Notes: generated by a model from the letters alone, not told the origin. DNA of 64,000 nucleotides from Candidatus Yanofskybacteria bacterium RIFCSPHIGHO2_01_FULL_44_24 (GCA_001794215.1 MGJK01000020.1:1016-65015), one strand, 5' to 3'; positions 41,510-51,667 are shown, numbered from the stretch's first letter. Translations and numbers: made by a program.

Positions 41510-43051
41510 AAGCCGCGCCTCTTCGAGTTTTTTGTTATCATGCATAACTCGGTGTTTTTCGTAAAAATTGTGGAAATCCCCCGCCAGCTCGAATGCGTAC
41601 TGGGCTAATTGGTGAATCTGATAAGTCTCGGAGACTTCCTCGATCAACTCCGGAAATTTGGACATCTTTCTCATCAACCCCAGCTCTTCTTTCTCTTTGA
41701 GCAAACCCGCATCTGCCCTTTTTATGACTCCGGACTCCCGGCTCTCCTGAGATTTATTGAATATGCTGTTCAGTCTGGCAGAGGCGTATTGAATATAGAA
41801 TACGGGGTTTTTCTTGGACTGCTCCTCGGCCAAATCGATATCAAAATCCATATGCGTACTCAAGTCCTTGGCCATAAAAAAGAACCTGATTGCATCCCGG
41901 CCGACTTCTTTCAGCAAGTCAGAGAGCAAAACGAACTCTCCTTTTCTTTTGGACATTCTCTGGAATTCATCTTGTTTTTTTATCAAAACCAACTGATGAA
42001 GAAGAACTTTGAGCTTATCGGGACTGAAGCCCAACGCCTCCGATCCGGCTAAGAGCCTCGGCACATCGCCATGATGATCGGCTCCCCAGATATTGATAGC
42101 CCGATCAAAGCCTCTTTTGAATTTATTTTTAGTATAAGCGATGTCGTTCATCAGATAGGACGTGGATCGGTCGCTTTTGACCAAGACGGCTTCTTTATCG
42201 CCGCCGAACACCAGCCAAATCGCCCCGTCTTTTTCTTTGGTATGGCCCGCCTTTTTCAGATCACTAAGAACTGCCGCCACCTCTCCTGATTCATGCAGTT
42301 TACTTTCCGAAAACCAAACATCAAATTTTACACCTAAATCACCCAAAGAGCTCCGAGCCGAATCTATGAATTTTTGAGTTGCATACTTACGGCATTTATC
42401 CGCCACCTCATCGAAGTTTTCATCGGGACCGATCAGATTACTTTCTTTTATCTCTTTAGCTGCCTGAATAATATATTCCCCTTGATAAAGATTTTCTTCG
42501 AAATCAATATCCTTGCCCTTTAATTGAAGGTAGCGCTTGGCAACCGATTCCCCCAAAGTTCGGATCTGAACACCGACATCATTGATGTAGTACTCTTTTG
42601 TAACTTGGTAGCCGGCCTTTTTCAGAACATTCCCAAGCGCATCACCGAAAGATGCCGCCCTTATATTGGCGACGGTCAAAGGGCCGGTCGGATTAGCCGA
42701 TACGAATTCGAGGTTGATCTTAAAATTCTTTTCCTTGGCCGAACCGAAGCCATCTTTTTCTTGAACTATTTTTAAAAGTTCTCTATGCAAAAAGCTCTCC
42801 GATAAAAAGAAGTTGATAAAACCTCCGGCCGGCTCTATCTTCTCGAAATATTTATTGAGTTCGGTATCTCGCGAAAACTGATCCGCCATTTGGCGGGCCA
42901 TATCTTCGGGGTTCTTCTTCTCTTTTTTGGCCACAATAAAAGCCAGGTTGACCGAATAGTCTCCCATATTCGGGTCGGGAGGGATAAGAATGCCGAAATC
43001 TGCTCCAGGATATTCCCGAGAAATTATCTGTCTGATTAGATGTTTAACCAT
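41432..43051 (-). CDS. argS: Arginine-tRNA ligase
   Basis: EFVSANPTGPL, EYYIND.G.Q, WGADHHG, MSKRKG, NPVFYIQYA.AR. Confidence 0.97.
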   Translation of the reverse strand: MVKHLIRQIISREYPGADFGILIPPDPNMGDYSVNLAFIVAKKEKKNPEDMARQMADQFSRDTELNKYFEKIEPAGGFINFFLSESFLHRELLKIVQEKDGFGSAKEKNFKINLEFVSANPTGPLTVANIRAASFGDALGNVLKKAGYQVTKEYYINDVGVQIRTLGESVAKRYLQLKGKDIDFEENLYQGEYIIQAAKEIKESNLIGPDENFDEVADKCRKYATQKFIDSARSSLGDLGVKFDVWFSESKLHESGEVAAVLSDLKKAGHTKEKDGAIWLVFGGDKEAVLVKSDRSTSYLMNDIAYTKNKFKRGFDRAINIWGADHHGDVPRLLAGSEALGFSPDKLKVLLHQLVLIKKQDEFQRMSKRKGEFVLLSDLLKEVGRDAIRFFFMAKDLSTHMDFDIDLAEEQSKKNPVFYIQYASARLNSIFNKSQESRESGVIKRADAGLLKEKEELGLMRKMSKFPELIEEVSETYQIHQLAQYAFELAGDFHNFYEKHRVMHDNKKLEEARLLLCWAVDLVLKNCLGLMGISAVEKM

Positions 43052-43093
43052 TATAAATACTATACATGAAAAACGGCAAAATAAAAAAGGCGG

Positions 43094-43522
43094 TTAACGC
43101 CTTTCCCCCCTCGGGGCATTGTCAATAAACGACTGAAGCATTTTCTTCTGCCGCCCCGAAAGACTGTTATAAAAGCAGGCTTCCCATTCCAAAATTCTTA
43201 ATTCACCGTATCTAAAAAATTTATCGGGGTTTTTAATCTTAGCTAAATCTTTTTTGGGTCTTGATCTTGCTTCGTCGTCTAATAATTCGTCCAAAAGAAC
43301 ATGGCCAATCTCGTGTACCAAAATCTTCGCGTGGGCATGCCTTCTGTCCAAATATATAACCTCGTCTTCAAGGTCAACGCAGCCCCAATAACTCCTTTCG
43401 TCTTTATTTTTAGACTTCCTGAAATCAGTCACAACAACCTTCCAGGCACTGTTGCTCAGAAATAACATAGCCCTTTGAAACCACCAGTCCCTAAACGGTG
43501 CATGACTTTTGGATCTGGCCAC
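43094..43522 (-). CDS. Small HExxH zincin-like protein
   Basis: ILVHEIGHVLL. Confidence 0.55.
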   Translation of the reverse strand: MARSKSHAPFRDWWFQRAMLFLSNSAWKVVVTDFRKSKNKDERSYWGCVDLEDEVIYLDRRHAHAKILVHEIGHVLLDELLDDEARSRPKKDLAKIKNPDKFFRYGELRILEWEACFYNSLSGRQKKMLQSFIDNAPRGERR

Positions 43523-43574
43523 CGTACAGCCTCTTTAAATATCAAGAGTCTGCCCCTATATTAACTGAATAATC

Positions 43575-44183
43575 CTAAATGTAAAACCGCCACAATTTAT
43601 GTCGCCACGCTCCGGCGTAGTCAACTCCTATGCGCTTTCCCTTTTTGATCTGGCCCGGTTTCACTTCCTCTCCGCCTTCCTCGATCCATAACTCTTTAAC
43701 TTTACAGATGTCGACTCCATTCAAATGCTTGTCGATTTTTAATTCCCGACAAATAATCCCCGGACCTTTTAATTGCAAGTTCAAATCTGTTTTAAATTTA
43801 GAATTTCTAATTTTCGGTCTTTGTTTAGTATTTAGTGCTTCGAATTTCGGATTTATTATTTCTGCCTTGCGGATTAGAACCGCGGCTGGGTATCCTTCTT
43901 TCTCGGTTACGACATTAAGGCAGTGATACATACCGTAAATCATATAAACATAGGCATGGCCCGGCGGTCCAAACATAATTTTTGTCCTTGAGGTCAATCC
44001 CCGGGAAGCGTGGCTGGCTTTATCCTTAAACCCGCAATAAGCTTCGGTTTCAGTAATCTTCGCTCTAATCAGATTTCCTCCTATGCGCCTAACCAAGTAT
44101 TTACCCAATAATTGGCGGGCGACGACAACGGTGGACCTATTGAAGAACGAGGTTTTTAATCGTATACTGTATTTATAATTCAA
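43575..44183 (-). CDS. mpg: 3-methyladenine DNA glycosylase (MPG/AAG type)
   Basis: VARQLLGK, ITETEAY, YVYMIYGMYHCLNVV, GPG.IC, RIGV. Start uncertain. Confidence 0.92.
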   Translation of the reverse strand: MNYKYSIRLKTSFFNRSTVVVARQLLGKYLVRRIGGNLIRAKITETEAYCGFKDKASHASRGLTSRTKIMFGPPGHAYVYMIYGMYHCLNVVTEKEGYPAAVLIRKAEIINPKFEALNTKQRPKIRNSKFKTDLNLQLKGPGIICRELKIDKHLNGVDICKVKELWIEEGGEEVKPGQIKKGKRIGVDYAGAWRHKLWRFYI

Positions 44184-44275
44184 AAGGTAAATTTCAAAAT
44201 GGAAAATGACGGAGTAAAATCATTAAATTTAAATTTTACATTGTCATTTTGATTTTTGAATTTTAAATTTTTCAC
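44180..44275. repeat. 6-7-mer repeat tract with inverted arms between mpg and htrA
   Basis: tcaaaa-type units followed by ttttga-type units. Confidence 0.7.
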
Positions 44276-44277
44276 TC

Positions 44278-45318
44278 ATGATGAATAGCGTTGAATACGA
44301 TAAATTAGCAATCGATGCGGTCAAAAAAGTCGCTCCTTCGGTCGTCAGTATTGTTATATCAAAATATATGCCTAAGATTAAGGGCATATATCCCGCTCCG
44401 TTCTTTAATCCTTTTATGTACGGGGAGGTTGAGGGCGGAGAAAAGGAAAAGGTCAAAGTCGGAGGCGGATCAGGCTTTATCGTCCACCCCGACGGATTAG
44501 TTCTTACGAACAAGCATGTCGTTTTCGATCCCGACTCCGAATACACGGTCTTGACCATGGATGGAAGCGAATATCAGGGCAAGGTCATTTCCCGCGATCC
44601 CATCAATGATATTGCCGTTTTGAAAATAAATGCCAAGGGTCTACCGGCGGTAAGGTTGGGAAATTCGGTAAAACTTGAACTCGGCCAAACCGTGATAGCC
44701 ATAGGCAATGCTTTGGGGCTTTTTTCAAATACCGTTTCCAAGGGCATCATTTCGGGACTTTCAAGAAAAATTTCCGCTTCACTGGGAACAGGCGGACAGA
44801 TGGAGCATCTCCGAGGAGTTCTCCAGACTGATGTTGCGATTAATCAGGGAAATTCGGGCGGTCCGCTCATAAACCTCGATGGCGAAGTAATCGGAATCAA
44901 TACTGCCATAATTTTCGGCGCTCAGAATATAGGCTTTTCCATTCCGATCAACTGGGCTAAGCAGGATTTGGAAGATATCATCAAGCACGGCCGAATCATC
45001 AAGCCGTTTATCGGTCTGCAATATGTGATGCTCAGCAAAGAACTGCAGAAAAAATACTCTTTGCCGGTTGAGTACGGAGCTTTGGTCGTCAGGGATCATA
45101 TCCCCAATTCAGTGGCAGTCGTTCCTGGTTCTCCGGCCGACAAAGCGGGCGTACAAGAAAATGACATAATTCTTGCGTTAAACGGGGAGAAGCTGACCGA
45201 AGACAAGGACTTGAGCGACAAGCTTCAGGGTTTCAAGGTGGGCGAAGAGATCGATATGTCTGTTTTGAGAAAAAGTGAAAATCTTTCGTTGAAAGCTCGT
45301 CTCGAGGAAAGAAAGTAG
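44278..45318 (+). CDS. htrA: HtrA/DegP-family serine protease with one PDZ domain
   Basis: GSGFI, TNKHV, DIAVL, AINQGNSGGPL, PDZ GSPADKAG. Confidence 0.92.
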   Translation: MMNSVEYDKLAIDAVKKVAPSVVSIVISKYMPKIKGIYPAPFFNPFMYGEVEGGEKEKVKVGGGSGFIVHPDGLVLTNKHVVFDPDSEYTVLTMDGSEYQGKVISRDPINDIAVLKINAKGLPAVRLGNSVKLELGQTVIAIGNALGLFSNTVSKGIISGLSRKISASLGTGGQMEHLRGVLQTDVAINQGNSGGPLINLDGEVIGINTAIIFGAQNIGFSIPINWAKQDLEDIIKHGRIIKPFIGLQYVMLSKELQKKYSLPVEYGALVVRDHIPNSVAVVPGSPADKAGVQENDIILALNGEKLTEDKDLSDKLQGFKVGEEIDMSVLRKSENLSLKARLEERK

Positions 45319-45409
45319 ATCTCTCTACCTAATCTATTATCAAGACCATAATTGACATCACGTATTAAAGATGCTACCGTATAAAAACGGCTGGAGCCGG
45401 GAGGGGAAA

Positions 45410-45568
45410 ATGAGCGAACACTATAAGGAAATCTGTCGAGATTGCGAAACAGTCATCAGTCAGTGCCGCTGTGCCGGACCCAAAACCATCCGCCTAGGTC
45501 TATGCCAAAACCGCAAGACTTGCCGAAAGAGAAAGAACGCTCTCAAATTTGTCGCACTGCAAAAATAA
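45410..45568 (+). CDS. Small Cys-rich (putative Zn-binding) protein, 52 aa
   Basis: SD GGAGG; CRDC...CRC...C...C. Confidence 0.5.
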   Translation: MSEHYKEICRDCETVISQCRCAGPKTIRLGLCQNRKTCRKRKNALKFVALQK

Positions 45569-45639
45569 CCCGGACTACACGCTACCAGCCTGCTTTTTGC
45601 GGGCTTTTTTATTGCTACAAAACAGGATAGTATTGACCT

Positions 45640-46083
45640 ATGAGCGAATACGCTAATAACCCGAAAGCTAACTTTGATTATGAGATCCTCGAAACAATCG
45701 AGGCCGGCATTGTATTGACCGGACAGGAGGTAAAATCGATTAAAAATGGAATGGCGTCGATCAGGGGTTCCTACGTCAAAATAATCAACGAGGAGCCTTT
45801 TCTGATAGGATCTGCGATCCCTCCCTATCAAGCCGCCAACGCCCCGCCCGATTACGAACCGCAAAGATCAAGGAAACTATTAATGTCGAAGAGGCAGATA
45901 GCCTCGCTTATCGGGACATCGAAAGCTCACGGCCTCACCCTCGTACCCCTAAAACTCTACGGTAAAAAAGGCTTCGTAAAACTTCTTGTCGGAGTTGCCA
46001 GAGGTAAGAAAAAATACGATAAGCGCGAAACAATAAAAAAGAAGGACATAGCCCGCGCTAAACAGAGAGGACTCGGGGTTTAG
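45640..46083 (+). CDS. smpB: SsrA-binding protein
   Basis: EAGIVLTGQEVKSI, RKLL, LVPLKLY, RGKKKYDKRETIK. Confidence 0.97.
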   Translation: MSEYANNPKANFDYEILETIEAGIVLTGQEVKSIKNGMASIRGSYVKIINEEPFLIGSAIPPYQAANAPPDYEPQRSRKLLMSKRQIASLIGTSKAHGLTLVPLKLYGKKGFVKLLVGVARGKKKYDKRETIKKKDIARAKQRGLGV

Positions 46084-46234
46084 CGCGGCAGAAAGGGATC
46101 GGGAAAACACAATTGTTTTCCCGGAGCGGAAGAATTGAAACCGAGGGGTTTCAAGGAGGGAAGCTCCGTCGCGGCGGAGCGAACGACGATCAATACAAAG
46201 AAGTGTAGAAATTTAAAATCCCGCTTAGCGGGAT

Positions 46235-46682
46235 TTAGTTTAAATCAAGCGTGAGCTCTTTCGGGCCGTCGAAGGTATCGAGAGTCATTTTCACTCCGGT
46301 CGGTTTTCCAGTCGAGTCGTAAACAGCCATAAAAACCGGCGACTTATTTTTATCCTTGGCAACATGCCATTTTCCATTAACCTTGATGGCAAAGCGACGG
46401 TCTGCGTCACTGGCGCCGAAAACCATAGCTACTTCCGACCCCCTCCATAGGAGAGTGTTGGCATACATCTTCTCCGTATCGTTGTAGTAAAACTTGGCAC
46501 TGGTCTGGAGATCCGCCTGCTGGTTGTTGGTCTGGACAGAAACTAACACACCGCTCTCACCCTCAAACTTCCAATTCTTACTCGTCAAATCAGGGACTGT
46601 GGGATTGACTGGCGTCTGACCAAAGCAACTCGTCACAAATACAAGCGACAGGACCAAGGAAAGGGTTGCGATTCTGCGCATC
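46235..46682 (-). CDS. Secreted protein or lipoprotein, hypothetical
   Basis: Signal peptide MRRIATLSLVLSLVFVTSC. Confidence 0.6.
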
Positions 46683-46826
46683 TTTTTATTCTCTCTTTTT
46701 CTGATTTCAATGAGCTCCTTAAGTGTCGCAAATATGATTATTGAAGTCAATATATCGTATAGGCCTCTCTATATACAGCTAATGAGGGATTTTGACTGAA
46801 GTAGGGCCATTTAGTACATTTACCCT

Positions 46827-47930
46827 ATGCCTAAAGTACTAATCACCGTTGGTCCGATTCCTGCCCGCTTAGATTCTGTTAAATACATCACCAACAGATT
46901 CCAAGGCGGACTTGCCCTGAAAACTTCAGAAAAGTTAAGCAACCTCAAACATCAAGTTACCTTAGTGGCTTGGGAATACCTAAAAATAGAAACCAACCTA
47001 CCCATTATCCGGGTTAAAGATGTCTATGATTACTTTCAAAAAGTCACTTCTTTCAAGGCTGATGCCTACATACTTGCCGCAGCTGTAGCCAATCTCGCAC
47101 CCTTCAGTCCCTTTGTTGGGAAATTTCCATCTCATAAGTATAAAGTTGGCGACAAATTTTCGATAGACTTTACCATCGCTCCCAGAACCATTGATGAAAT
47201 TAAGAAAAGATATCCCGTCACAACTCTTATAGGATACAAGCTTTTTGACGGAACTCGAGATGAACTTATCAGGGCCGGACAAAAAACTCTTTTCGAAAGT
47301 CGGGCGAATATAATCTTCGCCAACCACCCCGACTGGGCTAAGGAGAAAAAAATTGCAATCACGGCCGACGGAGCATGCTTTGATATTACCTTCGATGAGC
47401 ACATCAAACTCATAGATAGCCTCTTAAAGTCGAGATTCTATAAAACCAAGATGGCAGCATTCCCAAGCCCGACCTTGGATGAAGAGACCGAGTTTGTTAT
47501 TGAGAACTACCCAAGGGATAGAAAGGCTGACCTGGTATTCGGTACTTTCGCGGTCAGAATAGGGGCGGGATTCATCACAACCACCAGAGGAAAGAGGGCG
47601 GGAGAGAAATCCTTATCTTTCGTTAAAAAGGTCGATCATCGAAAAAGGATCGTTTATACGAACCGAAAGGCCACCCTTAACGCTCCCCTGCTCGATATGC
47701 TGTTTCAAAGGAATCCCCACATAAAATTTCTGATTCACGGCCATGAACTAATCGGAAAAAAAATACAAAAAGAATACCAATTCCCGGGTACTGACGGTGA
47801 TCTTAAAAACTCTTTCCAAACCAAGAAAAAATCTTTTATCATCCGCTTGCCTTACCACGGATATATAGCCGGTTTTGCCGATTTCTCTGATTGCAAGCAA
47901 TTTGTTAACAAGCACCGCAATGTGGACTAA
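46827..47930 (+). CDS. CoaB (PPC synthetase)-like domain fused to a class II aldolase-like domain
   Basis: VLITVGP...LDSVKYITNRFQGG, AAAVAN, LIGYKL, IIFAN; C-terminal GTFAVR..GFITT.RG...P.IKFLIHGH. Confidence 0.7.
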   Translation: MPKVLITVGPIPARLDSVKYITNRFQGGLALKTSEKLSNLKHQVTLVAWEYLKIETNLPIIRVKDVYDYFQKVTSFKADAYILAAAVANLAPFSPFVGKFPSHKYKVGDKFSIDFTIAPRTIDEIKKRYPVTTLIGYKLFDGTRDELIRAGQKTLFESRANIIFANHPDWAKEKKIAITADGACFDITFDEHIKLIDSLLKSRFYKTKMAAFPSPTLDEETEFVIENYPRDRKADLVFGTFAVRIGAGFITTTRGKRAGEKSLSFVKKVDHRKRIVYTNRKATLNAPLLDMLFQRNPHIKFLIHGHELIGKKIQKEYQFPGTDGDLKNSFQTKKKSFIIRLPYHGYIAGFADFSDCKQFVNKHRNVD

Positions 47931-48513
47931 CTATCGAAAAACGTTTCCCGCAAGGTACATTAAGTCTGGATACTTTGATCAGTATATCCAAAGGGTTATT
48001 TCCGAAAAAAAGCCGAAAACCATTCTTGATATTGGAGGGGGCCCTCAAGGAACCGAGACTCTTAAAGGATCTGGGGGCAGAGTTTACTTACTCGACCCAT
48101 TCATCCCCCATAAACCAAGATGGATATATAAAAAGGTTGGCTGGGATGCTAAAGAAAAATTTGATGCCATCGTTTGCAGAGGGAGTATCAACTACCTGAC
48201 AAAGGGTGAATTATTAAAAATAAAAGGCTTTCTAAAAATTAGGGGCTTCTTTATCGCTAATTCTTTTTTAAATCCTCCCCCTGAAACTTGGACAGAGAGA
48301 CAGTACCAGACCATCTCCGATCGGATCGGAATCGAGCGTTTTCGATATAACCGCAAGAAAATAGTTATTGAACATGAACTAATTCCGGACAGAGGAGGGA
48401 TTATCAAGCATTCATTCTTCTATTATTCTCTCTCAGATTACAAGAAGATATTTCCCGGACTAAAACTAATGAATTATAAAAATAACTCGATAATTTTATA
48501 TTTCGAAAAATAG
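47920..48513 (+). CDS. Class I SAM-dependent methyltransferase-like protein
   Basis: ILDIGGG motif I, FDAIVCRGSINYL, LK.RGFFIAN; the ATG overlaps the upstream stop. Confidence 0.75.
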   Translation: MWTNYRKTFPARYIKSGYFDQYIQRVISEKKPKTILDIGGGPQGTETLKGSGGRVYLLDPFIPHKPRWIYKKVGWDAKEKFDAIVCRGSINYLTKGELLKIKGFLKIRGFFIANSFLNPPPETWTERQYQTISDRIGIERFRYNRKKIVIEHELIPDRGGIIKHSFFYYSLSDYKKIFPGLKLMNYKNNSIILYFEK

Positions 48514-48567
48514 CGTAGTGGCTCTATGCCCTGACACCACCGAGGTACTGAGATAGAACGGTACCCC

Positions 48568-48595
48568 TTGAAATTATCCTGTTTTTTGATATAAT
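48568..48595 (+). promoter_or_regulatory. Sigma70 promoter of ssrA
   Basis: TTGAAA-16-TATAAT with extended TG. Confidence 0.7.
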
Positions 48596-48604
48596 ATGGC
48601 TATT

Positions 48605-48970
48605 GGGGATGTCGGGCTTCGACGAAGCTTACGACCGATAAATGCTGGGGGTGGCATGATCGTTCAGCCACGGAAATCACATCCGATCAATTGAATAGGT
48701 GCCAAAAATTCACCTAATTACGCTTTCGCCTAACATCGTTTAGGTAAGCCATTCCACCGCGGTGTCTACTGGCGGATCATGGAGTGTCATATTGTAGACT
48801 GGACAGTTTTCGTTTTTTTTCTTCCGGAGGCTGTTGAATAAATTAAAAGAAATAGCCGTAGATTATTTTGTCGGTTTTCTACTTTACGGCGAAAGACTAA
48901 ATCGTCTATCTCGGTACACATTTATCGGTATAACTTTCGGACGTGGATTCAACTTCCACCATCTCCACCA
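48605..48970 (+). ncRNA. ssrA: tmRNA; tag (A)AKNSPNYAFA* at 48701-48733
   Basis: 5' GGGGATG...TTCGAC; 3' T-arm and CATCTCC-A-CCA with G3.U70; tag ORF ending in YAFA-stop; smpB nearby. Confidence 0.95.
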
Positions 48971-49113
48971 AGCTAAGCTCGGTTCATCTGAGCTCAGCAA
49001 AAAGCAACTTTTAGTTGCTTTTTGCTTTTTACCAAGCAACTATCTGAGGCTATTGATAAGAATTATAAATATCTTAATATTACCGCAGTATATTGAAATA
49101 AGGGGTATATTCG

Positions 49114-49917
49114 ATGCCAAGGACCGCCCTCCTGCTCATGACTGCTCTGTTACTGCCTACTGCTTTGGCCACTGCTCAAGAATTGCCTGATAGCCCGATA
49201 GTTACGAAGAGGGTCATAGAGAAAAGAAATTTTTACCCGGAAAATCTTTTTGAAAATACATCGGCGGACAGACCTCGCTTCAAGATCAGATTTCCCGATC
49301 CATTCATAGCGACCAAGCCTAAGACGACAAATTACCGTAACATCGTCATACAAAGCGGAGTTTTCTTGGGAATCCAAACTTCCATCAGACTAACCGAAGA
49401 AAAAACTATCAGAGAACTTAAAGGACCCTTCCTTAAAGACTGGTTCGAGTCTGTCCGGTCTATCAGAGGATGGAACGACGGCAATACGTCTCTGACAAAC
49501 TGGGTCGGCCATCCTTTAATGGGCTCGACGGCCGCCTTTATTTTCGCCCAAAACCATGAACCTTCAAAAAGAGCCAAGCCCGGGTGGAACAAGGCCTACT
49601 GGAACTCCAAGAAGAAGCAGTTGATTTTCTCATTTATATACAGTGAAAACTTCGAGTTCGGACCCGTATCGGAAAGCTCTATCGGAAACGTCGGTCTCCG
49701 CCGCAAAGGCGAACAGTCGTACATGGATCATGTTGTCACTCCGCTGGCCGGCACGCTCCTTTCCATCGGAGAGGATCTGATAGACTACAAGCTTATACGG
49801 CCGGTAATGAAAACACATAAGGCCTGGGGTGCCATACTTGCATTCTTTTTGAATCCGACCAGGTCCGCCGCCAACATGCTCGCATTTAAGTGGCCGTGGC
49901 ATAGAAGTTACAACTAA
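49114..49917 (+). CDS. Secreted DUF3943-like protein
   Basis: Signal peptide, AQELPDSP, WNDGN..LTNWVGHPLMGS, FE.GP.SE, D.VVTP..G. Confidence 0.6.
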   Translation: MPRTALLLMTALLLPTALATAQELPDSPIVTKRVIEKRNFYPENLFENTSADRPRFKIRFPDPFIATKPKTTNYRNIVIQSGVFLGIQTSIRLTEEKTIRELKGPFLKDWFESVRSIRGWNDGNTSLTNWVGHPLMGSTAAFIFAQNHEPSKRAKPGWNKAYWNSKKKQLIFSFIYSENFEFGPVSESSIGNVGLRRKGEQSYMDHVVTPLAGTLLSIGEDLIDYKLIRPVMKTHKAWGAILAFFLNPTRSAANMLAFKWPWHRSYN

Positions 49918-50076
49918 GTCAAACACCTCCTATATGGGAGGTGTTTTAAAATCACGCCACCCTTTATGATATATCATAAAGGGTGGCTGTTCACTATATC
50001 ATTGCCAAATTCGATTTGAAATTAAAATCCATAGTAAAGGCGGGTTTTTAATTAACAAAACCGCCTTAAGCGGCGG

Positions 50077-50691
50077 TTAAAAAACAACTCCAAAAGTTCC
50101 GGCAAGGTGATTCTTTCGATTAGTAAAGCGCAAGTAACTGATGCCCATATAAATAGGGTGATTAGCGCTGGGGAAATAATTTAAGCCTAATCCGTAATTG
50201 CCCAAGAGGTCCCAATCGGTCTGGCAAGAATTATAAAAATAGTAGTAACGACAAACATTTTGCCATTGGTTGTAGTAACCCCGCAAGGAAATGGTCTGAA
50301 CCTGGCCGTAAAGAGTAAACCCTCCGTTCAAATACAAATTCACCCTACGATTCTTGATAACATCAAGCCCCATGCTCGGACTGAAATATAAGCCGTGCTT
50401 GTTCACTCTTGCAACGCCGATATAATCGATGAAAACCTCCTCCTTAGACACGGAGACGTAGTCAAAGGCGAAGTCCAAGCTTAGCTTCTTAGTAACGGAC
50501 CCCCGGCCTAAATGATCCCCGACTTTAAATCCTACTGAAAAATTACCTTCGTTGCCGGAAACAGCGGCGTTGGAATTAAAGATCCCTCCAACCCTTGCTT
50601 CGGCTTTCCCGCTTCTATCGCCTTGATCCTGAGCCCAGGCCGGAACAGCAAAAGATGTAAGCAAAATTGCGAAACCAATCACTCTCTTCAT
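50077..50691 (-). CDS. Outer-membrane beta-barrel-like protein
   Basis: Signal peptide (AWA), alternating aromatic beta-strands, C-terminal GTFGVVF ending in Phe. Confidence 0.65.
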   Translation of the reverse strand: MKRVIGFAILLTSFAVPAWAQDQGDRSGKAEARVGGIFNSNAAVSGNEGNFSVGFKVGDHLGRGSVTKKLSLDFAFDYVSVSKEEVFIDYIGVARVNKHGLYFSPSMGLDVIKNRRVNLYLNGGFTLYGQVQTISLRGYYNQWQNVCRYYYFYNSCQTDWDLLGNYGLGLNYFPSANHPIYMGISYLRFTNRKNHLAGTFGVVF

Positions 50692-50806
50692 TCGAATCTC
50701 CTTATTTAAGTATCAAAGAGCCTATACTTTTTATAAAAAATATCAAGTTGTGTCAACTAACCGCCGAACAAGAACACAAAAGTCCCGCATTGGCGGGACG
50801 TATAAG

Positions 50807-51667
50807 TTACTTTTTCACCTTGAGCATTTTCTTGGCTTGCTCCCATTCCTGACGCTGTTCTCTTGAAATTGAGGGATAGTCTAAGTCTAAAGCTTTAAGT
50901 CTTTTAACGATAACATCCGCAATCACCGCCCGAGTGAACCATTTGCGATCTGCTGGAATAACATACCACGGCGCCCAAGGAGTGCTGGTATTGGAAATCG
51001 CACTTTCGTAAGCTCTCATATACTTAGGCCAAAACCTTCTTTCTTTAATATCAGACAGAGAGAACTTCCATCTTTTAGAGGGCCGGTGCCGGCGCTCTAA
51101 AAATCTTTTCCTCTGCTCCTCTTTGGAAACATGGAGAAAGAATTTCAAGACAATGATTCCATTTTCTGTTAAGAATTTCTCAAAATTACTTATCTGCTCA
51201 AATCTCCTTTTCCAGATATTCCTCTTTCTTAGCCCAGATGGAATCTTTTGCTTCTCTAAAAATTCAGGGTGCACCCTTACGACAACAACTTCTTCATAGT
51301 GGGAGCGGTTGAATACCCCGATCTTTCCCCGCCTTGGCAGTGCCTTAACATGCCTCCATAAAAAGTCATGATCCAACTCTTCACTCGTGGGAGATTTGAA
51401 ACTATTAACATCAAAGCCGGCGGGATTAACTTCCCATAAAACATGCTTAACTGCACTATCCTTACCGGAAGCATCCATACCCTGAAGAATAATAAGTACG
51501 GCATGAGTGCCTCGAGAAAACAAACGATTCTGAAGTTTTCTTATTTTTGCGACATCTGTCGAGAGCTGCTTTTCGGCATCTCTCTTAGTTAAGCGTCCGG
51601 TAAAATCTGGGTTACAATCCTTAAGCCTGAATTTCTTAGCAGAAACGAGAAAACGATTTGAGTTCAA
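50807..51667 (-). CDS. ppk2: Polyphosphate kinase 2 family (class III-like)
   Basis: LQGMDASGKD, FKSPTSEELDHDFLWR, FNRSHYEEV, PWYVIPADRKW. Confidence 0.93.
   Translation of the reverse strand: MNSNRFLVSAKKFRLKDCNPDFTGRLTKRDAEKQLSTDVAKIRKLQNRLFSRGTHAVLIILQGMDASGKDSAVKHVLWEVNPAGFDVNSFKSPTSEELDHDFLWRHVKALPRRGKIGVFNRSHYEEVVVVRVHPEFLEKQKIPSGLRKRNIWKRRFEQISNFEKFLTENGIIVLKFFLHVSKEEQRKRFLERRHRPSKRWKFSLSDIKERRFWPKYMRAYESAISNTSTPWAPWYVIPADRKWFTRAVIADVIVKRLKALDLDYPSISREQRQEWEQAKKMLKVKK

Noticed and set aside
48834-49190. 118-aa ORF in the track
   Set aside because: It overlaps the tmRNA 3' half and has no protein motifs; likely spurious.
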